Assembly: GCF_006345805.1 (NCBI RefSeq) | Contig: NC_043023.1 | Location: 9,238,001-9,302,000 of the forward strand | DNA from: Octopus sinensis | Taxonomy: Eukaryota | DNA: 64,000 nucleotides | Direction of reading: 5' to 3' | Part shown: positions 13,291-64,000 of the stretch, one piece after another | Position numbering within the stretch: position 1 is the first letter of the stretch | Layout of the letters: the number at the start of each line of letters is the position of its first letter | Translations under genes and position numbers: made by a program | The notes under the pieces: generated by a model | Databases searched by the model: none | Told to the model about the DNA's origin: nothing | The model's input: the letters and a program-made list of their open reading frames with translations, nothing else

Positions 13291-14229
13291 CACCGTATGC
13301 TTCTTTCCACCATATTTAAGCTGTCTTTCTCTTTCCTCAATTCTGCCATCTGACGCTGATTCTTATGGAAACTGTCCTGCTTGTTGCTCTTGCTTTCCTT
13401 AAAGCCCAAATTATATTGGAAAGCCTGCTGTACCAACTGCACCACGTTTCTTACCTTTTCAGTAGCGTCACCCTTCATAATGTTGTCCGGAATAATGTTC
13501 AAGTCATTGTTCAACCGGGCGCTTCTAAGAACTGTCGCTGGAGCTAAATTCACCCGTGGAATTTTTTTGTGGAACCCTCGTCGCTTTCAAATTCTTCCCC
13601 TCTTCTTGTGAATTAATCGAGTTAAGCAAAGAGGCCCTGAGCATTGTGGTTTCATTTCTGACCCTAGTCGTCCTCCCCCTGAGAAGCAGTGCTAATACTA
13701 GGATTGGTGGTATAGTTCGTTGGTATACCATTTGTCACAGCTGGTACCTGCTCAATTGAATTCAGACGTAGTAGGGTATACAAGTACAGCGATTCACTTG
13801 TTGGAGTTCGTTGTCTGAGTTGACAAATGATATTCTCCTTTTAATTACTTTTGGTGGTATAATGGTTTAGCGTATAGCATATGAAAATCATGGTTCTTTT
13901 GTTTAATCGTTTATACGTTCTATTGTTCCGTTATATGCTAAACGCAGTTAATGTTTTTCTCCTTCAAAATGATTTTTCGAATTCTAGGATTGTTGTCTTG
14001 CTTCTGTGCTTACATGATATCTGCCTTCATGACACGGAATGTCTATTTATTTTTTCTCTGGATTCGATGATACCCACGGTTTCCGCTAAGCATAAGTTGC
14101 ACACCCGTGTTATTCTCAGTTCTACATCCGCTACTTCCAACTTTAGTACCATATAACCTGAAGAAATGATCGCATGAACATAATCCACCAGGTGTCCATG
14201 GTTATTACTGACAGTACTGTTATTATCTC

Positions 14230-14720
14230 AGGAACACGGAATAACCTTTTCCTCTCTATTTCATGCTATTCCAGTTCAAACATTTGAAATTACTATACTG
14301 GAAACTGAAAAAATACTCCTTCAAAATTCTTTGTCATAACACATTCAACCATTCTATAAAGAATGTTCTTTTAATGAAGCCGAAAAAGACTACAATTTTT
14401 AGCATCTCATGGTTTTGTTCATTCTAGAACTTCAATTTCGTTTTCATAACTATATAAATTCTTGTTTTTAGTGTTGGGTGTTTGTGTTTGTATGGGCCTC
14501 AGTTTTGCCATGGGGCGTACAAAGCAGCTCAGACGGCCATGTATGAATCGTTTTCTTTTCACTTTGCTTCATTCAATACTAATAGAAGTCCTCACAGAAA
14601 TTCTGCTCTTGCCTTGAAAACTAAATGAACCATCTAGAAATACAATGTTATCAATGAAAATGCCATTTCCAGAGATTGGTCTAAATCAATTTTGGTGAGA
14701 TGAGGGTCACTTTGGAAATC
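14230..14720. repeat. Older, more diverged copy of the unclassified repeat at ~700-1250
   Basis: Shared blocks such as ttccagttc..aaaca.ttg.aatta and tgtttgtgtttgtatgg..ctcag...ttttgccatgg; family not identified. Confidence 0.55.
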
Positions 14721-15329
14721 TGTAGGGTCATGTAAGGGACACATCAATGAAACTTAAACCAAAAATAACGAAATGTACAAAAAATAATTTGGCTATCCTT
14801 ATTTATAATGAATGTTTTATTTCCTCCTATGCTATCTTAATAAATTAATAATGCTTTTGAAAAATAAAACTTAATCTAAAATAATAATTCATTTTGATCA
14901 TTGAAGGTAGCCAAGTTATTTTTGTTACATTTCCCCATTATTATTGGTTTCATTTTGACTGATATTTAACTCAATATATCTCTAAAAGCTTAATTAATCG
15001 AATATAATTGGTTTTTAATTTTTTCTGTTAATATTTTACGAAGTATTAGAACTTATTGTTCATTATTTTAGATTGTTTCTTCATTAATGTTTTCAATGTA
15101 TTATAATTACTTTTATTGTTATTTTCGTGTTATTAAAAGCAAATATAAATTTGTCTGACTGTATTTTTTAACATACCTTTTCCACATACAAAAATTTTGA
15201 CTGACGACAGTGATTCAGAACGTGTCACGGTTGGTGGTGCTATTTTGTAACTTCATCTTTCAGGTTGTCTATACCACCAATTTTTACCTACCTCTATTGA
15301 ACAGCTGCTGTTATTTCATCGTAGACTTA

Positions 15330-17800
15330 CCATTATAATTTCCTGACCGTAAAAAAGTAAACGTAAAAAAAAGGTGGGAAAATAGCCAAGACAATAAAAT
15401 ATATAAACTTAACGATCGTCAGCAGCAGCTACGCATATTAATCCAAAACACTCTCTATCCTCAGAAAATGCCTTGGACACTTACATTTGCAGACACTATT
15501 TCAATTAAGAAAAGTGAAAGTATTTTGTACTCAGGTTATATTCTCACAAAAAATATCCAATATGCCCCGGAACATTCAACTGTCCGGAGGAGCTTAGAAG
15601 AGAAACATTTCCGAAGAGATTGGTGAAATAAATTCCGCTGCATTGGCAAAGACACATAGTACAGAAATTTTGTTATGCTTCGAGATAGGGACTATCAGCT
15701 ATCCCTTTTTAGGAACCAGTTACACTACTAAGTACAACTTCAGAAAATAGGGGCCACGTGTCAACCGAAAATACTGAAGATGAAGAATTAGCAAATCGTC
15801 CTGACTTGAATAATGAAGCACCACCAAGGGATCTAGGCCCAGCTATGTGGTTTTATGCCAGCACAAATATGTATCCACGTTCTTTCAGTCAAAATCAGTG
15901 ATATGTGAAAACAAACAGGCCCCTGATTCCTACCCAGAATCTCGACTCCATTATTAGTCAGGTGAAGGAAAACCGGGTGCAACTGTCATTATTTTAATAA
16001 TTCAATTCTTTTATACCATTGATGTTATTGCTGAGGAGCAGTTGATAAAGTGGCTCTTGTGCCACCCATCAAAGGGTGCCGTTTATTACTTTTACTGTAC
16101 ATTGATGTTAAGCCGATGAGACAGGTTTTCCAACGATCGGGAAAAAGCAAAGTAGAAAACGAAAACACTTGAGAAAAGTCAAGGCCCTAAACATTCTGCG
16201 TCGAAAACAATCATTAGTGTAGGGGTTTTCATGTTAACAGGGGCTTGGAAAAACAAACAGAGGAAAGCAAGAAATATTGCGCCGTGTTGTAGCTATCATA
16301 ATATTTCTAGTCGAGAGAGGACTTGAATGTAGAATTAGGGATGAGGTCATAGTATCTAAGCATATCAAGAACGTTTTTTTGTTGGTGGGAATAATTTTAA
16401 AACTTATTGCCCAGTTTGAACCATTTGTGATGGATCATTTGAAAGTAGTCGGCAATCTCAGAAGTGATAAGCAATTATATTACGTACCTTTTACAAAGAA
16501 ATTGGTCAGTCAGAATCTGTTAAGAATCATATTCAAACATAATTTAAAGCTGCCAAGTATTTCTCAGTTTCTGTTATTCTATACTGGACCAGGCTCATGT
16601 TGACAAGCTAACAGTTACTGTGCATTATGCTGTTTCTGCGAAGCCGATAGAAAGTTTTAAACTTTTTTCAGACGGTTTCTCACAAAGCTGAAGTTCTACC
16701 TCTGTTAGAATTTCTTGAAAAAGAATCAACATTGAAGACTGCGAGAAGCAGTCCTATGACAGTACTAGTAATATGTTCCGTCAGCATATAGGACTGTGAT
16801 TCAGACTTAAGACAAGGAACCAAACTACAATTTTCATTCACCGTGTTGCTAATTCACTGAATCTTGTTGGACAGACTACAGCATCTTGCTACTTTGAAGT
16901 TGTTAACTATTTTGCATTCTTACTATGTCTATACTCCTTTTCGTATCTGCCTAAATACAGAGAAGGAAAGATATAACGGAATGGACATAACTGCATTCAA
17001 AATCTACTGAAGAATATTGGAGATGATATGGAACAAACACTTGAAGCAAGGTATGGAATACAGACAGTAGCAGAGAACATGGATTGCCTTGAAACCGTTC
17101 TGTTGGTGAGAATCTGGAATATAATTCATCTACGGTTTAATAGTAGATATAAAGCTTTTCAAGGAGTTGAAGTAGATCTTGATAACGTGGTGGATCTAAC
17201 TGATGCTTTATGAAACTTTCTGAAATCACTTCGGAATAGATATGGAGAATTGTCGCTTGATGCAATTGACATGTGTGAAAACACAGACCGTAAAGGTTGG
17301 CCAAGGAAGAGAGACAAGCATTATGACCCAGGGGAATTTGTCCTTTCTACAAGAGAAAAATTCGGATTCAGAATATTCAATATCATTTTAAATCAGTTAT
17401 CGGTTGATTTATAAAAACTCAGTGTAGCCTATCAACCAGTGTGTGACAAGGTCAATGTTATAGTGACCTTATGTAGTTTATCTGACACAGAAATAAGATG
17501 TGAGGCTTAAATCTCCTGAAATAGAAGAAATTGCCCAATTTGCAACCTTTGTAAGCTCAGCCCATGTCTCACTCCATCCTGCCAGGCATTTTTATCCACG
17601 TGAGGGGGCCTGCTGAAACATTTCCAAATATTGATGTAACACTTCGAAATATATCTTGAGCCTGATGGCCACTGGTTGTTCAGGAGAGAGACAATTCAGA
17701 AAATTCGGACTGTAAATGGAGTATCTGAGAATCAAGAGGACTCATGAAACGATGAGTGATCTGTGCTTTTGCCTTTGGGTGTAGAGAACAGAACAATCAC
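15330..17800 (+). mobile_element. Degenerate hAT transposase (ZMYM1/TTF-zinc-finger type)
   Basis: Fragments KWLLCHPSKGAVYYFYC (TTF ZnF-like), LKLIAQFEPFVMDHL, QSYDSTSNM, LETVLLVRIWNIIHLRFN and LMATGCSGERQF (dimerisation-domain-like); many stops. TIRs not identified. Confidence 0.75.
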
Positions 17801-18074
17801 TAAAGATTTTTCGTATATCAAATAGAAAGAAAGGTTTTTTGTCGGAGTATACAATGGTGAGGTGGTAAAACCTGTTGTATTTAATTTCGATGGAAACATT
17901 TTGCATTGAGAGATTCATTTAAACATTTTATGTATTTATTTGGTTAAATTCAATTACATTCAGTTGACAGGTTTCAGATGTAAACTTGGTTATGTGGCAT
18001 GGATTGTAACTATTGGGTGTAAGGGATTCATATAGCATAAAGTTCCCTGCGGCTACAAGGTTTCAATGAGACAG

Positions 18075-18368
18075 ACAGACAGGCAGGCAGACAGAAAAAC
18101 CGATAGATGCGTGCATAGATAAAGGCATATAGTAGGTCAGACACACAAAAAGGCGGGCAGACTGCAGGCAGACAGACAGGACAACAAGTAGTCAGACAGT
18201 CAGTCAGACCGCTAGATAGATAGATAGGTAGAAAGATAGGTAGAAAATAGGTAGAAAGATAGGTAGGTAGGAAGATAGATAGATAGATAAATATGTATGT
18301 AGGTAGGTAGGTAAGTACGTAGGAAGGTAGGTATGTAGGTATGTAGGTAGGTTGGTAGGTAGGCAGGT

Positions 18369-18403
<35 letters not shown>

Positions 18404-18480
18404 TAGATAGATAGGTAGACAGATAGATATGTAGGTAGGTAGGTTGATGGATAGATAGGTAGAAAGATAGGTAGATAGAT
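18075..18480. repeat. (GACA)/(GATA)/(GGTA)/(TA) compound microsatellite
   Basis: Direct inspection. Confidence 0.9.
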
Positions 18481-18733
18481 GATTGGCTGGATATATTTGT
18501 AATCCCTCCAATTCGTTTATGTTTTCCCTCGACTATAGGCACAATAGATTTTTATTCCTGACAGTCACGTGCCTGACGACTAGGAGGACGTCTTTATAAT
18601 ATGATGTAATATAAATGTTGTGGACGTCTATCTTATTTCTGAAACACGTGTTGCATTGAACTGTGAAAATCCGTTCTTGTTATTTTATTATTTACTAGCA
18701 GAGATTTGCTCGGGATTAAAATTGTACACTTTG

Positions 18734-18806
<73 letters not shown>

Positions 18807-18902
18807 CGGGAAGGTTTACGAAAATAAACAAAAGACGAAGGCAGGTGGAGTACAAACAAACAATTGTATTAGTATGGCGCTCAGGAATAGAAATAAAGCA
18901 AG

Positions 18903-18940
18903 TCTTTTACGTTTCGAGCCTACGCTCTTCGACAGAAAGA
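18903..18940 (-). ncRNA. Degenerate hammerhead-like motif (possibly Penelope-like element terminus)
   Basis: Minus strand tcttt-CTGTCGA-a-gagc(gtag)gctc-GAAAC-GT-A-aaaga: stems I and II pair, but core A6 is U and there is an extra A. Confidence 0.35.
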
Positions 18941-20209
18941 TACACAGAAAAGAAACAAGGAGAGAAAAAAATGCGTGTAGGAGCTAACGATCCAACATAT
19001 ATATGTTACAGTTTTTTTTAAAGAGATGATACGACAAAGGGCAGCATAGACGACAAAGCATGTGGGGTTTAACTCGACTAAGCGACATGTTAAACGTCCG
19101 TTTGGAGGATTCCAGGCCCTAACCTACAATGGAAAATTGGGAGTAGGAGTGTATGTAATTATTGAACCCACCGAAAAGGTGTCAGTGGATATACTCCCCC
19201 TTGAGATGATCAGCGCTCCGTCTAATACGACCGATCGTATGGTTGACAGCAAAACGAATGGAGTTATAATGGGGATATTATATGTAAATGTGTACATCCC
19301 GGAAATGGGCTGCAGTGGGAGACAGCAACGGGGAAGTGAACCATTGAAACGTTGCAGAAGACGAAGTGTTGAGATTGGATTGCTGGTGTGGCTTTAGAAT
19401 AAGAAGCATAAAGTGAGCCGATACAATCACACGAGAATATGTAATAATGAATTACTTTAAAAATAAGGCATATTGGCTTACTGCGTTGTATGTATGTATA
19501 TAGTATGTCTATATTTTGAATGCAGTGTAAGTTGACGAAATATAAGCAAATTAACGAAATAAAAGCACATGTATAGAACTGCTAATTTAACGGTAAATAC
19601 TACAACAAATATTACAGAGAGACAAAGAAGTATATAGATATAGGATAAATGTCTTAATGTAAGGGTAAATATGTAATTGCAAATAGCTTGCAACCTTACA
19701 AATGCTGCGATTGTTATTAACTGGTAATGGAACTGGCATTGACCCTGATCAGCCCTCACACACGTATAGTATGTTTAATAACCTAACTCACGCAGAATGG
19801 CACAAACACACACTCTGAGACATATAAACATTCATACACTTAGACTCATACATTCACAGACAATTACACCAATCATATGCGAAAGGTGATGTCGTCGTCG
19901 TCGTGGTTAGAGTTAAAAGCAAGTATATGGAAGTGAAACAATATATCACATTACAATATAGATGTTATTCTTTCACTTTTATTCTTCGAGTTTTGAGACG
20001 TAATACGGAATCAGTGCCAATGTTGCATTGTTTTAACGCGAAACATTTACATGTTGACACTCACGAGTTCTGATAGTATTATCATGTAGAGTTTGATTTG
20101 GTTAGGTTGAGCCGTTTGTGAATGCGTTGGGAACAAAGAGAGAGACAAATGATTTTATATATACAGATGATTTGCGAGTGTGCGCGCGGGCATGCCTGTT
20201 CGCAAGTGT

Positions 20210-20240
<31 letters not shown>

Positions 20241-20509
20241 CTTTAAGGTGATAGGTCTTCAGTTTTTATTTCATATTATCACTCATGAATGCTATAATCT
20301 ATAACTATATTCTTCACACTGATCGAAATTCAGTTTTTCTTTATTTTTAAATTATGACTTTGAAAGTAAGCGAAATCAAGGATAAATTCATCGCATGAAA
20401 CAGGGACCAATATTTGTCCTTCGTAGAATTTGCAAAATGAATGAAATAACAATAGAGTGTCTGATATTTTGTATTTTCTTGTTTTACAGATTAATCTACA
20501 CATGAAAAT

Positions 20510-60772
<40,263 letters not shown>

Positions 60773-61109
60773 GTAAGTTGAACCAGTCTTGTTCATACTA
60801 TATTCCTGAGTATGTATTTCCTCAAATTTAATATCTTTCCATCTTTCTTTCTTAACCTTCATTTGCCCTTCCCTAACTCACATTATCTCTCTCTCTCTAT
60901 ATATATGTATCTGAGTTGAGCGTGTTTGTGTGTGACGATGTGCGTGAACATAAGTCTTTGTGTTCTACATCACTGTTTGGTATATTGTGAAAAGTGCGTA
61001 TATAGTCATATGTATATTTATGCCTGAAATGTGTGGATAAATATATATTCCTTCAATGTTTCGTCTTGGGCAGGAGATATTAAACAATTCTGTGATGATA
61101 TCACGTTGT

Positions 61110-61475
61110 AATTTTACCTCGATAAATGAGCAAAAGCTACATTTATCAAAGGGAAAACGACCGAAACATCCTGCAGAATGTCATAAAGGAATTAGAACCA
61201 GCGGAGAGATACATGTACTTATCGGTAGTTGAAGTGGACATGATCAAATATTCAGTGATGAGGGAAAGGATCAGAATAGAATATTATCGCAGGGTAAAAG
61301 CAATATTCAAAGCAAAGCTGAATGCAAGAAACAGGATCGAAGTTGTCCGAGGAATTATAGCAAAAGGCCTGAATCATACCTCTCTCAGATACTAGGAAAC
61401 CCCAAAATGGCAGCAACTCAAAAGATAGCGCTAATGGGAACCGCCCATACCCTACGTAAAATACTGTGTATTCAA
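61110..61475 (+). mobile_element. R4/Dong-like fragment with ~1-kb internal deletion (last cassette)
   Basis: aggatcgaagt is joined directly to tgtccgaggaattatagc (equivalents ~25670 and ~26718); ORF reads ARNRIEV|VRGIIAKG. Confidence 0.8.
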
Positions 61476-64000
61476 TTTTAAGTTTTGAAACAAACTCATA
61501 TTCTTTGAACATCATTATGGTCATCTCCTTCATGAAATCCCAAACACCGCATTTTTTCCCGTATCTTCCTGCATTTACTTCCGTCGATATATTAAAACTG
61601 TTATGGCTAGTCTCTTCTATTATTGAATGTGCTGATATGATTTCTCGCGTCACACCGCATTCTTATGAGCCGCCACCACAAAAACCTATTTCCATTTGAA
61701 GAAAAGACTGATGCAATGAATACCTTATATATAGGTCGTCTAGGCTGCAGCTTTGATACCATAAAATGATCCACGAATGAGATGTATATCACCGAATCAA
61801 AACAAAGCAATTCTCTCACAATACACTACATGCATCTCCCAGAGGCAGATATAAATAAACTATACGTCCCACGTGAGGATGTAAGGGTGCGCAAAAGCTT
61901 CTGCCACTCTCGTAAAATAAGAGTAACCATAAGGTTAGATGACAAACAAAAGAAAAGCATAGAATCTCTATTAGTAAGAAAGTAGTAAGACATACACACC
62001 TTTCTTTTTCAGTAACTTCCAAGACCTTTCTTGCCACTTGTCACAGTGAGGTGTTGTGGTGCTACCCAGATCAGGTTTTTCATCACATAACTGTAAAGAC
62101 AAGAAATCCTCCACCGCACACCAATTCTCTGATGTATTGCTCTCGTACCGAAAGCCTCGCAATAGCAACATCTAATCACAGAGAACCAAGCTTTCTTTGA
62201 GGCTGCTTATGAAGTGCTTCAAATTGTATTTTCCCCCCAGGACTACGTTGCTCAGCCTTTTTCACAGGAAATCGCTTCCTTCTCTTCAATGAGGATTTTG
62301 AAATGTCATGTACGGATGATCCATGGAGGATGCTCTATTTTTAAATCTAGGTCTTAAAATCACCGGGAGACATCACGTCTCCACTGTAGATAGTCGCCTT
62401 TCAGAATCCTTGTTGCTTTCACAATTAGATTGTGTCACTCCGGTTAAATTTAAACAACCTTCCCCTGGTTTTTCACTGTCTTCTAGATGATGGATAGTAA
62501 GTGACCGCTACTGACTGAGGAATACCTGCTTCTGAGGCCAATATTATTGACTGACGAAGCTGAAACTCATGTGACTCCCAGTCATAAACTACTCAAGTAA
62601 TTTTAGGATCGTCCATGCCATTATGGCAGATGTTGTAAAGAAAGTTAGGTCAAGACTACGACTACAAGTACTCCATCTTCCTCAGTATGACTCAGCTTAC
62701 AGATGCAATTTAGTATTCCCCCACTTTTCACTACATTTACTTGGGTGGTGTGGATTTCTCTCTCACTCCACCCTCACTGTCATATTAAATGGAATTTTAA
62801 GGCTTGGATGAGAGTTTGATCGTATTATCACTCTCTCTTCAACCGTTCTGTATTCTCCACCACACAACCTCTCTGCTTATATCCTGTTCGCCAGGTCTTC
62901 TTAGTTCCAGTTGATTTGAATGGTTCCAACAAGCAAAATTTGTCGTAGGTTACTGCGATCCAAACTCTGGAAACAGGACCGAATCCGGCTTCCTTCAGTG
63001 CAGGCGCCAACAGTTGGCATTTGACTAACACAAAATTAGGATTTCATTGGAAACGCATTTGTTACTCATTCTGTCTGTGATGTACTGTGCAAGCAGGAAA
63101 CTGTTGTGCTTAGATTATTTTGATATGGAATCTTCGGCATTTAGCCTAATTACGGGCTTCAAATTATTACCATATACATTTTTCTCGAGTTCTTTCTCAA
63201 CATTGCCGTGACCCCCACCTTTTATCAGGGCTAAGAATCATCTCGTTCTTCTTCCCTTTGTTGTAGACTCCTGCCATTGCACTCACTGCTATTTATGCCA
63301 AATAATTTTAAACTGCGTAAGGCTGATCCTCAAGCCATGGCGACATCTAACCCGGCATCTCGAATACCGCAACAATTTTCCACCATTTGTAGAACGGCGT
63401 GGTTTAATTCGAGTGTTGCCGCAAGCCGTCCACGTAGACGGTTAAGAGCTTCATAGTCAATGGACCACTAACCTCCACAAACTGATGCACGTAATGTTTC
63501 CTAAAGGCCGCAAATATCTGCTTAGAATCGAAGAGAACGCATTTCACCTGATTCATCAACACCAAATTGTTTTCCGTTGCCACGTTGCACCTACGCTCAT
63601 TCGCCCAATGTCGGACATTGTCATTAAAGCATGCAAAACTGAAAACAGTCCTCGTGTTTACCGTTGGAGAAGCGGACTAGAGTCAATCCCGTCGGTGGCA
63701 GCGCCACTTGCAGTGTATTTGGTAGCCCCTTTATTCCCTCTAGAGTGTGTTTCTGTGTAGAAATATATATAAATTTATATGTATATAATTCATATTTGTG
63801 TGTGTGTGTATCTGTGTTCCTGAGCTTAAATCTTTTCCCCCACCTTATCATTTACTTATATATAAATTCACATATATTTCATATATAGTTCATATGGCAA
63901 AGTTATTACCTTCCTAATTCTAATTGATTCTTTATAGCTCTTTTAACGGTTAAACAAACAGAAATTGGAATTTATGCTGCAACATTCAAAATTTTAATCA

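Larger units (their letters stand above)
10799..13802. repeat. Local segmental duplication, copy B
   Basis: Colinear with 1-2743 plus a 220-bp MITE insertion. Confidence 0.9.

Overview
AT-rich, repeat-dense eukaryotic DNA, most likely an octopus/coleoid cephalopod (inferred from the SINE and LINE families; not database-checked), with one 100-N gap. Bases 1-20 kb are TE debris: a ~2.7-3 kb local duplication, a 76-bp satellite, tRNA-head SINEs, mariner, hAT, CR1 and a TTAA-MITE. From 20.5 kb to the end lies a + strand gene missed by the ORF track. It has one signal-peptide/LRRNT exon (20490-20700) followed by at least six single-LRR micro-exons (70-73 nt as assembled, consensus 72 nt, phase 2-2) at 25054, 32450, 39376, 46833, 57388 and 60701. 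Most sit in their own ~7-kb tandemly duplicated cassette. The exon core is nucleotide-invariant, while the predicted concave-face residues (LxxLxLxxNx) differ between copies, and the splice junction bisects that beta-strand. This suggests a diversifying, possibly combinatorially spliced LRR receptor; the gene continues past the window. Three cassettes carry a ~205-bp-arm foldback that could pair across cassettes and loop out exons. Also seen: a U3-A8 type I hammerhead ribozyme candidate and a Tx1-like LINE inserted in a (GATA)n tract. Three exon copies have small indels that may be long-read consensus errors.
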